A stretch of DNA of 64,000 bases from an uncultured Eubacteriales bacterium. GTDB lineage: Bacteria; Bacillota; Clostridia; Oscillospirales; Oscillospiraceae. Both the position numbers and the translations under genes were made by a program. Positions 52,917 to 61,659 of this stretch are shown piece by piece; within the stretch, counting starts at the first letter, position 1; every line of letters begins with the position of its first letter. The notes under the pieces were generated by a model. That model worked only from the letters and a program-made list of their open reading frames with translations, was not told the DNA's origin and searched no databases. The stretch covers positions 20,619-84,618 of the forward strand of contig CASFFN010000007.1 in the NCBI GenBank assembly GCA_949293985.1, given 5' to 3'.

Positions 52917-53815
52917 GCGTGAATCTGTGTGGGATTCCCCTGGAAAATCCCGTCATTCCCGCCAGCGGAACATTTGGGTTCGGCTATGAATACGCGGAGC
53001 TGTACGACATCAACTGCCTGGGAACTTTCTCCTTTAAGGGCACTACCCGGGAAGCCCGGTTTGGTAATCCCACCCCCCGGATCGCGGAGTGTACTGCCGG
53101 TTTAATCAATGCGGTGGGTCTGCAGAATCCCGGCGTGGAGCAGGTAATTGCCCGGGAGCTGCCAAAGCTGAAAGAATGTTTCCACAAGCCGGTGATGGCC
53201 AATGTAAGCGGTTTTTCTGTGGAGGACTATGCCTATACCTGCCGGCTTCTGGATCAGCAGGAGCAGGTGGGTTGGCTGGAGGTAAATGTCAGCTGTCCCA
53301 ATGTCCATGGGGGCGGCATGAGCTTCGGCACAGATCCCAAGGCAGCTGCTGAGGTAACCGCTGCGGTGAAGCAGGTTACCGCCAAGCCGGTAATTGTGAA
53401 GCTCTCTCCCAATGTGACGGATATTGTATCCATTGCCAAAGCCTGTGAGGATGCAGGCGCTGACGGCATCAGTCTGATTAACACCATGCTGGGTATGCGG
53501 ATTGATTTGCGCAGCCGCAAGCCCATCATCGCCAACACCATGGGCGGCTTCTCCGGCCCGGCCATCTTCCCAGTGGCTGTGCGGATGGTTTACCAGGTAG
53601 CCAAGGCGGTAAAGGTGCCGGTGATTGGCATGGGCGGCGTGTCCTCCGCCGAGGATGTGCTGGAGATGATGCTGGCCGGTGCCACAGCTGTGGAAGTGGG
53701 TGCTGCCAATCTGGTGAACCCCTATGCCTGCCGGGACATTATCCGGGAACTGCCCAATACTATGGAGCGTTATGGAATCGACAATCTTTGTGATATTATT
53801 GGAGGCGTAAAATAA
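52904..53815 (+). CDS. pyrD: Dihydroorotate dehydrogenase B, catalytic subunit
   Basis: 303 aa. NPVIPASGTFGFG, NVSCPN and the GGVSSAEDV pattern. GTG start behind AGGAGGAG. Confidence 0.92.
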   Translation: MGKLSVNLCGIPLENPVIPASGTFGFGYEYAELYDINCLGTFSFKGTTREARFGNPTPRIAECTAGLINAVGLQNPGVEQVIARELPKLKECFHKPVMANVSGFSVEDYAYTCRLLDQQEQVGWLEVNVSCPNVHGGGMSFGTDPKAAAEVTAAVKQVTAKPVIVKLSPNVTDIVSIAKACEDAGADGISLINTMLGMRIDLRSRKPIIANTMGGFSGPAIFPVAVRMVYQVAKAVKVPVIGMGGVSSAEDVLEMMLAGATAVEVGAANLVNPYACRDIIRELPNTMERYGIDNLCDIIGGVK

Positions 53816-54513
53816 TGGGTAAAGATGTAATTGTAGCTTGCGATTTTGCCAGCGCAGAGCAGGTTTTTTCCTTCCTGGACAAGTTCACGGAAAAGAAACC
53901 TTTTGTGAAAATCGGTATGGAGCTTTTCTATGCGGAAGGTCCGGAAATTGTCCGGCAGATTAAGGCCAGAGGCCATAAGATTTTCCTGGACCTGAAGCTC
54001 CATGACATTCCCAACACCGTAAAAAAGGCTATGGCTGTCCTGTCTAACCTGGATGTGGACATCTGTAATCTTCATGCTGCCGGTACCACCGCTATGATGC
54101 AGGCCGCTCTGGAGGGCCTGACCCGGCCGGACGGTACCAGGCCTCTGCTGATTGCCGTAACCCAGCTGACCTCCACCGATCAGGAGAGCATGGAGCGGGA
54201 TTTGCTGATTCATGCGCCCATCGACCAGGTTGTTATGCACTATGCCGAAACCGCTAAGAATGCCGGTCTGGATGGCATCGTCTGTTCTCCTCTGGAGGCC
54301 GGAAAGGTACACGAGGTTTGTGGCAAGGAATTCCTGACCGTTACCCCCGGCGTTCGGTTCGCGGATGGGGAGGCAGGGGACCAGAAGCGGATTATGACCC
54401 CGGCCCAGGCCAGGGAGATTGGCTCCGACTACATCGTAGTAGGCCGTCCCATCACCGCTGCGCCAGACCCCGTGGCTGCTTACAACCGCTGCGTTGCGGA
54501 ATTTTGCGACTAA
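53815..54513 (+). CDS. pyrF: Orotidine 5'-phosphate decarboxylase
   Basis: 232 aa. VACDF, KIGMELF, IFLDLKLHDIPNTV and VVGRPI motifs. Confidence 0.93.
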   Translation: MGKDVIVACDFASAEQVFSFLDKFTEKKPFVKIGMELFYAEGPEIVRQIKARGHKIFLDLKLHDIPNTVKKAMAVLSNLDVDICNLHAAGTTAMMQAALEGLTRPDGTRPLLIAVTQLTSTDQESMERDLLIHAPIDQVVMHYAETAKNAGLDGIVCSPLEAGKVHEVCGKEFLTVTPGVRFADGEAGDQKRIMTPAQAREIGSDYIVVGRPITAAPDPVAAYNRCVAEFCD

Positions 54514-54532
54514 AGAAAAGGAGAAATTGACC

Positions 54533-55174
54533 ATGGAAAAGCTGATTGCAAAGGATTTACTTTCCATTCAGGCGGTATTTTTCCGCCCGGAGGAGCCCTT
54601 CACCTGGGCCAGCGGCATCAAAAGCCCGGTCTACACCGATAACCGCCTGACCCTGACCGCCCCCCAGGTGCGCACCCATGTGGAAGAGGGCCTGGCTGAG
54701 CTGATTCGCCGGAATTACCCGGATGTGGAAGTCCTGATGGGCACCTCCACTGCCGGTATCGCCCATGCAGCCATTGTAGGACATATTATGAATCTGCCTA
54801 TGGGCTATGTCCGCAGCGGCAGCAAGGACCACGGCCGTCAGAACCAGATTGAGGGTAAGCTCCTGCCCGGTCAGAAGGTGGTTGTGGTGGAAGATCTGAT
54901 TTCCACCGGCGGCTCCTGCATTGAGGTGGTGAACGTCCTCCGGGAGGCCGGCGCTGAGGTTCTGGGCATTGTGTCCATCTTCACCTACGGTATGCAGAAA
55001 GGCCTGGATCGCCTGACTGCCGCCAATGTGAAGAATGTTTCCCTGACTAATTTCGATGTGATTGCCCAGGTGGCTGCCGACGAAGGATACATCCGTCCCG
55101 AGGATGTGAAGCGGCTGATTGCCTTCCGGAACAACCCCTCCGATGAAAGCTGGATTGGGGAGCAGAAGGCATGA
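54533..55174 (+). CDS. pyrE: Orotate phosphoribosyltransferase
   Basis: 213 aa. [16 protein letters not shown] and the PRPP motif [13 protein letters not shown]. Confidence 0.92.
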   Translation: MEKLIAKDLLSIQAVFFRPEEPFTWASGIKSPVYTDNRLTLTAPQVRTHVEEGLAELIRRNYPDVEVLMGTSTAGIAHAAIVGHIMNLPMGYVRSGSKDHGRQNQIEGKLLPGQKVVVVEDLISTGGSCIEVVNVLREAGAEVLGIVSIFTYGMQKGLDRLTAANVKNVSLTNFDVIAQVAADEGYIRPEDVKRLIAFRNNPSDESWIGEQKA

Positions 55175-56262
55175 GAAGTCTGATTGATATTACGGATTTT
55201 TCCGTGGAAGAGCTGGACGGTCTGCTTCACACCGCCTGCGACATTATTGAAAACCCTGCCAAGTACGCCGAAAGCTGCCGTGGAAAAAAGCTGGCTACCT
55301 TGTTCTTTGAACCCTCTACCCGCACCCGGCTGAGCTTTGAAGCGGCTATGCTGGAGCTGGGAGGAAGCGTCCTCGGCTTCAGCCAGGCCAGTTCCTGCTC
55401 TGCCAGCAAGGGAGAGAGTATGGCGGATACGGCCAAAATTGTCTCCTGCTACGCGGACATTATGGCCATCCGGCATCCCCTGGAGGGAGCGCCTTATGTG
55501 GCTGCCAGAAATGCCTCTGTGCCGGTTATCAATGCCGGTGACGGCGGACACTGCCACCCCACCCAAACCCTGGCAGACCTTCTGACCATCTACCGGGAGG
55601 AAGGACGGCTGAACGATCTGACCATCGGCTGCTGCGGCGACTTGAAGTACGGCAGAACCGTCCATTCTCTGCTGGCTGCCCTTTCCCGTTACGAGAACAT
55701 CAAGGTTGTGCTGATTTCTCCGGAGGAGCTCCGGCTTCCGGGATATGTGAAGCATGAAGTTCTGGAAGGAAGGGGCGTGGTCTATGAGGAAACTGCCTCT
55801 TTGGAGGAGGCCATCCCTCAGCTGGATGTGCTGTATATGACGAGAATCCAGAGAGAGCGGTTTGATAATCTGGAGACTTATGAGCGGCTGAAGGATTCCT
55901 ATGTCCTGACCTGTGAGAAAATGCGGGCTGCCAAGCCCTCCATGCGTGTGCTGCACCCCCTGCCTCGGGTCAATGAAATCAGCGTAAAGGTGGATGCAGA
56001 CCCCAGAGCGGCCTACTTCCGCCAGGCTCTGAACGGCAAATATATGCGTATGGCTCTGATTCTGAAACTTTTGGATGAGGCGAAGAAGGGCGTGCGGATG
56101 GCGGAGCCGGAAGATGTGCTGGTGGACCGTCTTTATTGCGACAACCCCAGATGTATCTGTACCACCGAGCAGGAACTGGAGCATATGTTCAAGTGTGTGG
56201 ACAAGGAGCGGGGAATTTATCGCTGCATCTACTGCGAAGCAAAGAAGACGCTGAAAGGCTGA
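55171..56262 (+). CDS. pyrB: Aspartate carbamoyltransferase catalytic chain fused to a PyrI-type zinc domain
   Basis: [17 protein letters not shown] and HPLPRV catalytic motifs (residues ~1-305). The C-terminal 55 aa carry CDNPRC-(23 aa)-CIYC, the same Cys spacing as the E. coli PyrI Zn domain. Confidence 0.9.
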   Translation: MRSLIDITDFSVEELDGLLHTACDIIENPAKYAESCRGKKLATLFFEPSTRTRLSFEAAMLELGGSVLGFSQASSCSASKGESMADTAKIVSCYADIMAIRHPLEGAPYVAARNASVPVINAGDGGHCHPTQTLADLLTIYREEGRLNDLTIGCCGDLKYGRTVHSLLAALSRYENIKVVLISPEELRLPGYVKHEVLEGRGVVYEETASLEEAIPQLDVLYMTRIQRERFDNLETYERLKDSYVLTCEKMRAAKPSMRVLHPLPRVNEISVKVDADPRAAYFRQALNGKYMRMALILKLLDEAKKGVRMAEPEDVLVDRLYCDNPRCICTTEQELEHMFKCVDKERGIYRCIYCEAKKTLKG

Positions 56263-56354
56263 AAGTTTTCCGATAATCTTCACCAAAAACCGACGAAAAT
56301 TTTCCTGTGCAGGTAGTGAAAAAAGAGAAAGCCGCAAGCCGCCTTTTCGCTGTC

Positions 56355-56383
56355 TTGACATGAATTTTTCGGCGTGTTAAAAT
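56355..56383 (+). promoter_or_regulatory. Promoter of the pur operon
   Basis: TTGACA (56355-56360), 17-nt spacer, extended -10 TGtTAAAAT (TAAAAT at 56378-56383). Confidence 0.65.
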
Positions 56384-56402
56384 CGGCAAGTAAAGCAAAT
56401 AG

Positions 56403-56513
56403 CGTTCTTTGCGACTGACGGAATTATGTGGGTAACCACGGGGGAACAAAGAATGTATGAAAGCCGACCGTCTGGGCGCATTTAACCGTTATGGGTTAAG
56501 TGCGCCCTTTTGG
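56403..56513 (+). promoter_or_regulatory. ZTP (pfl-motif) riboswitch with terminator expression platform
   Basis: P1 GUUCUUUG/CAAAGAAU. Conserved GCGACUGACGG...GUGGGUAACCACGGGGG. The 3' sub-domain CCGUCUGGGCGC has CCGUC complementary to GACGG (pseudoknot). Terminator GGGCGCAUUUAACC...GGUUAAGUGCGCCC+UUUU overlaps the 3' sub-domain. Confidence 0.85.
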
Positions 56514-56563
56514 ATTCTATAACGGCTAAATGCGGTTATAGAAAATGATTATGGAGGTGTCTC

Positions 56564-57052
56564 ATGAAAAAAGTAGGAATCGTCATGGGAAGCGACAGCG
56601 ATCTGCCTATCGTTCAGAAAGCCGTGGATACGCTGAAGAGCTTGGATATCCCTTATGAGGTTCACATCTATTCTGCCCACAGAACACCTGTGGAGACCAG
56701 AGATTTTGCGGTGAATGCCAGAGCAAACGGCTTTGGCGCAATTATTGCGGCCGCAGGCATGGCTGCCCATCTCGCCGGCGCCATTGCAGCCAATACCACA
56801 TTACCGGTTATCGGAATCCCTTGCAAGGGACCCGTTTTAGACGGCATTGATGCCCTATTATCAACAGTCCAGATGCCCTCCGGCATACCTGTTGCGACTG
56901 TTGCCATTAACGGAGCTGTCAATGCCGCTTTGCTTTGCGCTCAGATTCTGGGCGTGTCCGAGCCTTCCATTGCCGAAAAGCTGGATGCAAAACGGGCTGC
57001 CGATGCAGCAAAGGTTCTGGAAAAAGACCGGGAATTGGCACAAAATCTGTAA
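56564..57052 (+). CDS. purE: 5-(carboxyamino)imidazole ribonucleotide mutase
   Basis: 162 aa. [16 protein letters not shown] and [10 protein letters not shown]...PVIGIP motifs. Confidence 0.93.
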   Translation: MKKVGIVMGSDSDLPIVQKAVDTLKSLDIPYEVHIYSAHRTPVETRDFAVNARANGFGAIIAAAGMAAHLAGAIAANTTLPVIGIPCKGPVLDGIDALLSTVQMPSGIPVATVAINGAVNAALLCAQILGVSEPSIAEKLDAKRAADAAKVLEKDRELAQNL

Positions 57053-57081
57053 AACTTTTCAATCAAAAGGAGAAAAACATC

Positions 57082-57768
57082 ATGGAGAAGAAACTTGTTT
57101 ACACCGGAAAGACCAAGAATGTTTACGCACTGGACAACGGAAACTACCTGCTGAAGTTCAAGGACGACTGCACTGGTAAGGACGGCGTATTTGACCCCGG
57201 TGAAAACTCTGTTGGCTTGACCATTGACGGCGTGGGTGATGTGAATCTGCGTATGTCCGTTTACTTCTTTGAGAAGATCAATGCTGCCGGCATCAAGACC
57301 CATTATGTAAGCGCCAATCTGGAGGACACCACTATGGAAGTGCTGCCCGCCAAGGTGTTTGGCAAGGGTTTGGAGGTTATCTGCCGTCACAAGGCTGTAG
57401 GCAGCTTTTTCCGCCGTTACTCCGACTACATTGAAGAGGGTGCCGATCTGCCCGAGTATGTGGAAATGACCTTCAAGAACGATGCCAAGGGCGATCCTCT
57501 GGTGACCAAGGAAGGTCTGATTGCCCTGGGTGTTATGTCCAGCCAGCAGTATGATGACATGGTGGCTATGACCCAGAAGATTACCCGGATTGTGGCCGAC
57601 GACCTGAAGGAAAAGGGTTTGGTGCTGTACGATATCAAGTTCGAGTTCGGTTACGATGCCGACGGCAAGGTGATGCTCATTGACGAGATTGCTTCCGGCA
57701 ATATGCGTGTCTATAAGGACGGTCAGTACATCGATCCCATGACCCTTTCCAAGCTGTTCTTTGCTTGA
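57082..57768 (+). CDS. purC: Phosphoribosylaminoimidazole-succinocarboxamide synthase
   Basis: 228 aa. [12 protein letters not shown], with LIDEI and D.KFEFG-type motifs. AAAGGAG RBS precedes ATG 57082. Confidence 0.92.
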   Translation: MEKKLVYTGKTKNVYALDNGNYLLKFKDDCTGKDGVFDPGENSVGLTIDGVGDVNLRMSVYFFEKINAAGIKTHYVSANLEDTTMEVLPAKVFGKGLEVICRHKAVGSFFRRYSDYIEEGADLPEYVEMTFKNDAKGDPLVTKEGLIALGVMSSQQYDDMVAMTQKITRIVADDLKEKGLVLYDIKFEFGYDADGKVMLIDEIASGNMRVYKDGQYIDPMTLSKLFFA

Positions 57769-57794
57769 TGGCACGCCTGTAAAGGAGGTACATT

Positions 57795-59216
57795 ATGGGT
57801 GGCTTTTTTGGAGCCGTTGCACGCCGGGATGTGGTACTGGATGTGTTTTTCGGCGTAGACTACCACTCCCATCTGGGAAACCGCAGAGCGGGCATGGTGG
57901 TGTACGACGGGAACAGCGGCTATCAAAGACAGATTCACAGTATCGAAAATACACCTTTCCGTACCAAGTTTGAGGTGGATTTGCACAAGTTCTCCGGCCA
58001 TAGCGGAATTGGCTGTATCAGCGACACGGACCCACAACCTTTGCTGGTGCGTTCCCATCTGGGATTGTTCGCCATTTCTACTGTGGGAATTATCAATAAC
58101 GCGGATGCCCTGGTGGAGAAATACTTCTCCGACCATGGGCACCAATTCATGGCCATGTCCTCCGGCGCTGTCAACGCAACGGAACTGACAGCGGCCCTGA
58201 TCAATGAGAAAGAAACCCTTATTGATGGAATTCATCATGCACAGCAGGTGATTGACGGATCCGTGACTATTCTGATTTTACAGGAGAACCGTATCATCGC
58301 GGCCCGGGATCGACTGGGACGGCTGCCTGTGCTGGTTGGTAAGGGCGAAGATGGCTGCTGTGTGTCCTTTGAGTCTTTTGCCTACAGCAAGCTGGGCTAC
58401 GCTGACCATTATGAGCTGGGACCGGGGGAGATTGTATCGGTGACGGCTGACGGTGTGAATCAGCTCAGCCCTCCCGGTAAGGACATGAAGATCTGCGCGT
58501 TTTTGTGGACTTACTATGGTTACCCCAACTCCAATTACGAGGGCAGAAATGTGGAGGTCATGCGTTACCGCAATGGTGAGATTATGGCCCAGAAGGAAAT
58601 GGCCCGGGGCACATTGCCGGATGTGGACTACATCGCCGGTGTGCCGGATTCCGGGTTGCCCCATGCCATCGGCTATGCCAATTTCTGCCACAAGCCCTTT
58701 GCGAGACCTTTCGTGAAGTATACTCCCACCTGGCCCCGCTCCTTTACTCCTGCCAACCAGGCGGTGCGGAATCAGGTGGCGAAAATGAAGCAGATCCCCG
58801 TTCCTGAGCTGATCGAGGGAAAGAAACTGCTGTTTGTGGATGACTCCATTGTCCGGGGAACCCAGCTGCGGGAGACGGTGGACTTTCTGTATGAAAGCGG
58901 CGCCAAGGAAGTGCATATGCGTTCCGCCTGTCCGCCCGTGCTTTTTAACTGTAAGTATCTGAACTTCTCCCGGAGCAACTCTGTCATGGAGCTTATCGCG
59001 AGAAAGACCATGTATGAGCTGGAAGGGGAGGAGGCGGACAAGCATATCGACGAATATGTGGAGTCCACCACCGAAAGGGGTCAGTGCCTGGCCAAAGCTA
59101 TCTGTAAGAAACTGGGCTTCGACTCCCTGGGTTACCAGTCTCTGGACGGACTTCTGGAGTCTATCGGCATCGATAAGGATAAAATCTGTACTTATTGCTG
59201 GAACGGCAAAGAATAA
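57795..59216 (+). CDS. purF: Amidophosphoribosyltransferase-like protein lacking the N-terminal catalytic cysteine
   Basis: PRTase motif LLFVDDSIVRGTQLRE, GVPDSG, and C-terminal Cys ligands (SACPPVLFNC, CTYC). The N-terminus is MGGFFG instead of (M)CG(I/V)xG. AAGGAGG RBS fixes ATG 57795. Confidence 0.85.
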   Translation: MGGFFGAVARRDVVLDVFFGVDYHSHLGNRRAGMVVYDGNSGYQRQIHSIENTPFRTKFEVDLHKFSGHSGIGCISDTDPQPLLVRSHLGLFAISTVGIINNADALVEKYFSDHGHQFMAMSSGAVNATELTAALINEKETLIDGIHHAQQVIDGSVTILILQENRIIAARDRLGRLPVLVGKGEDGCCVSFESFAYSKLGYADHYELGPGEIVSVTADGVNQLSPPGKDMKICAFLWTYYGYPNSNYEGRNVEVMRYRNGEIMAQKEMARGTLPDVDYIAGVPDSGLPHAIGYANFCHKPFARPFVKYTPTWPRSFTPANQAVRNQVAKMKQIPVPELIEGKKLLFVDDSIVRGTQLRETVDFLYESGAKEVHMRSACPPVLFNCKYLNFSRSNSVMELIARKTMYELEGEEADKHIDEYVESTTERGQCLAKAICKKLGFDSLGYQSLDGLLESIGIDKDKICTYCWNGKE

Positions 59217-59239
59217 TGATTAAAGGAGCTTAACCTGCC

Positions 59240-60286
59240 ATGGAGAAAAGTTATTCCGAGAGCTACGCTGCCGCCGGTGTGGACATTACCGCCGGCTATA
59301 AGTCCGTAGAACTGATGAAAAAGCACATTAAGCGCACCAGAAACGAGGGCTGTCTGGACGATGTGGGAGGCTTCGGCGGCTGCTTTGGCCTGAATCTGGA
59401 AGGCATTTCTCAACCGGTGCTGGTTTCCGGCACCGACGGGGTGGGGACAAAGCTGAAGATTGCCATGCTTCTTAACAAGCATGACACCATTGGCATCGAC
59501 TGTGTTGCCATGTGCGTCAATGATATCATCTGCTGCGGCGCCAAGCCTCTGTTCTTCCTGGATTATATTGCCTGCGGCAAGAATATTCCCGAGAAGATTG
59601 CCGACATTGTAGGCGGCGTTGCGGAAGGCTGTGTCCGTGCCGGCTGCGCTCTGATTGGCGGCGAGACGGCGGAACACCCGGGAATGATGGCGGAGGAGGA
59701 CTATGACCTGGCCGGCTACTGCACCGGTGTGGTGGACAAGTCCAAAATCATCGACAACAACACCATGAAAGCCGGGGATGTGGTAATCGCCCTGGCTTCT
59801 ACCGGCGTTCATTCCAACGGTTTCTCTCTGGTGCGGAAGGTCTTCGACATTGAAAATGCCGATTTGACCACCCCCAGAGAGGAACTGGAGGGAAAGTCCC
59901 TGGGCGAGGCTCTCCTGGAGCCTACCCGAATCTATGTCAAGAGCGTGCTGGCTCTGCTGGAGAAGGTACAGGTGAAGGGTATTTCCCACATCACCGGCGG
60001 CGGCTTCTACGAGAACATCCCCAGAAGCGTCCCCGATGGCCTGGGTGCCCGGATTGACCGGAGCAAGGTCAAGGTTCTGCCCATCTTCCGGCTGATTGCC
60101 AAGACCGGCAATATCCCCCAGCGGGATATGTTCAATACCTTCAATATGGGCGTGGGCATGAGCATCGTGGTAGCCAAGGACGATGTGGAAACCGCTCTGA
60201 ACATTTTGAAGGACTGGGGCGAGGATGCCTATGTGATTGGCGAAATCGAAGCGTCCCAGGACAAGATTACCATTTGTGATGAATGA
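59240..60286 (+). CDS. purM: Phosphoribosylformylglycinamidine cyclo-ligase
   Basis: 348 aa. YAAAGVDI, GTDGVGTKL, DCVAMCVNDI and HSNGFSL motifs. Confidence 0.94.
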   Translation: MEKSYSESYAAAGVDITAGYKSVELMKKHIKRTRNEGCLDDVGGFGGCFGLNLEGISQPVLVSGTDGVGTKLKIAMLLNKHDTIGIDCVAMCVNDIICCGAKPLFFLDYIACGKNIPEKIADIVGGVAEGCVRAGCALIGGETAEHPGMMAEEDYDLAGYCTGVVDKSKIIDNNTMKAGDVVIALASTGVHSNGFSLVRKVFDIENADLTTPREELEGKSLGEALLEPTRIYVKSVLALLEKVQVKGISHITGGGFYENIPRSVPDGLGARIDRSKVKVLPIFRLIAKTGNIPQRDMFNTFNMGVGMSIVVAKDDVETALNILKDWGEDAYVIGEIEASQDKITICDE

Positions 60287-60296
60287 GGTGTGCGGA

Positions 60297-60902
60297 ATGA
60301 ATCCGGCCAGAATTGCCGTGCTGGTTTCCGGCGGCGGCACCAACTTGCAGGCATTGATTGATGCCCAAAAAAGCGGGATTCTCCACAGTGGCACCATTGC
60401 GGTGGTGATTTCCAACAATCCCAATGCCTTTGCCCTGGAAAGGGCAAGGCAAAACGGGATTGCTGCGGAGATTGTCAGCAAGAAAGCCCTGGGCAGTCAG
60501 GCGGCTTTTGAGGATGGTCTGAAAGCGACCCTGAAAGCCTATGACATTGATTTGATTGTCCTTGCGGGCTTTATGTGCATTCTGAGTGAGAATTTTACCA
60601 GATGCTATGAAAAGAGAATTATCAATGTGCATCCGTCTCTGATTCCCTCCTTCTGCGGCGAGGGCTTCTATGGACTGCGTGTTCACCAGGCGGCTTTGGC
60701 CTATGGCGTGAAGGTAACCGGGGCGACGGTGCACTTTGTGAATGAAATTCCCGACGGCGGCGAGATTATCCTGCAAAAGGCTGTGGAGATTCAGCCGGGG
60801 GACACTCCGGAAGTGCTGCAGCGCAGGGTGATGGAACAGGCGGAGTGGATTCTCCTGCCCCAGGCTGTGGAGCTGGTTTCCAGCCAGATTTGTAAGAAAT
60901 AA
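60297..60902 (+). CDS. purN: Phosphoribosylglycinamide formyltransferase
   Basis: 201 aa. IAVLVSGGGTNLQALID, LAGFM, NVHPSL and ATVHFV motifs. Start at ATG 60297. Confidence 0.92.
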   Translation: MNPARIAVLVSGGGTNLQALIDAQKSGILHSGTIAVVISNNPNAFALERARQNGIAAEIVSKKALGSQAAFEDGLKATLKAYDIDLIVLAGFMCILSENFTRCYEKRIINVHPSLIPSFCGEGFYGLRVHQAALAYGVKVTGATVHFVNEIPDGGEIILQKAVEIQPGDTPEVLQRRVMEQAEWILLPQAVELVSSQICKK

Positions 60903-60927
60903 CACAGATAGCTTAGGAGGAATGGTC

Positions 60928-61647
60928 ATGAATGTTTATGAAGTGAAAACCATGAGAGAACGCCTGGAGGGCAATTCCTATCCCGGCCGGGGGATTGTGG
61001 TCGGCAAGTCCGCCGATGGCGCCAAGGCCTGTGCCGCCTACTTCATCATGGGCAGAAGTGCCAACAGCCGGAACCGTGTCTTTACCGTAAAGAACGGCGA
61101 GGTGTTTACCGAACCTTTTGATGCCTCCAAGGTGGAGGACCCCAGCCTGATTATCTATGCCGCCGTCCGTCAGTTTGAAAACAACCTGATTGTTACCAAT
61201 GGCAATCAGACAGATACCATTTACGAGGGGCTTGCTGCCGGAAAGAGCTTTTCCCAGGCGCTGACCGCCCGGGAATTTGAGCCGGATGCCCCCAATCTCA
61301 CCCCCAGAATCAGCGGTATGCTTACCTTTGACCAGGGGGATTTTACTTATGAAATGAGCCTCCTGAAGAGTGCTGACGCAGAGGGTACCGGCTGCAACCG
61401 CTTTACCTATTCCTATGTGCCTATGAGCGGCGTAGGGCATTTCCTGCATACCTATGTATGTGACGGCAATCCCATTCCCACCTTCCAGGGTGAGCCGGAG
61501 CGGGTAGCCATCCCCAATGATATGGAAAGCTTTGCCCGGGAGATTTGGGAGTCCCTGGACGAGAACAACAAGATTTCCCTGTATGTGCGTTATATTGACC
61601 TGGCGACCGGAAGCGTGGAAGAGAAGCTCATCAACAAGAATGCGTAA
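60928..61647 (+). CDS. IMP cyclohydrolase, PurO-like (archaeal-type fold family)
   Basis: 239 aa. NSYPGRGIVVGKSADG...AYFIMGRSANSRNR...VTNGNQTD resembles PF07826-type IMP cyclohydrolases as I recall them. Positioned directly before the AICARFT gene. Confidence 0.75.
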   Translation: MNVYEVKTMRERLEGNSYPGRGIVVGKSADGAKACAAYFIMGRSANSRNRVFTVKNGEVFTEPFDASKVEDPSLIIYAAVRQFENNLIVTNGNQTDTIYEGLAAGKSFSQALTAREFEPDAPNLTPRISGMLTFDQGDFTYEMSLLKSADAEGTGCNRFTYSYVPMSGVGHFLHTYVCDGNPIPTFQGEPERVAIPNDMESFAREIWESLDENNKISLYVRYIDLATGSVEEKLINKNA

Positions 61648-61659
61648 GGAGTGGTGGAA

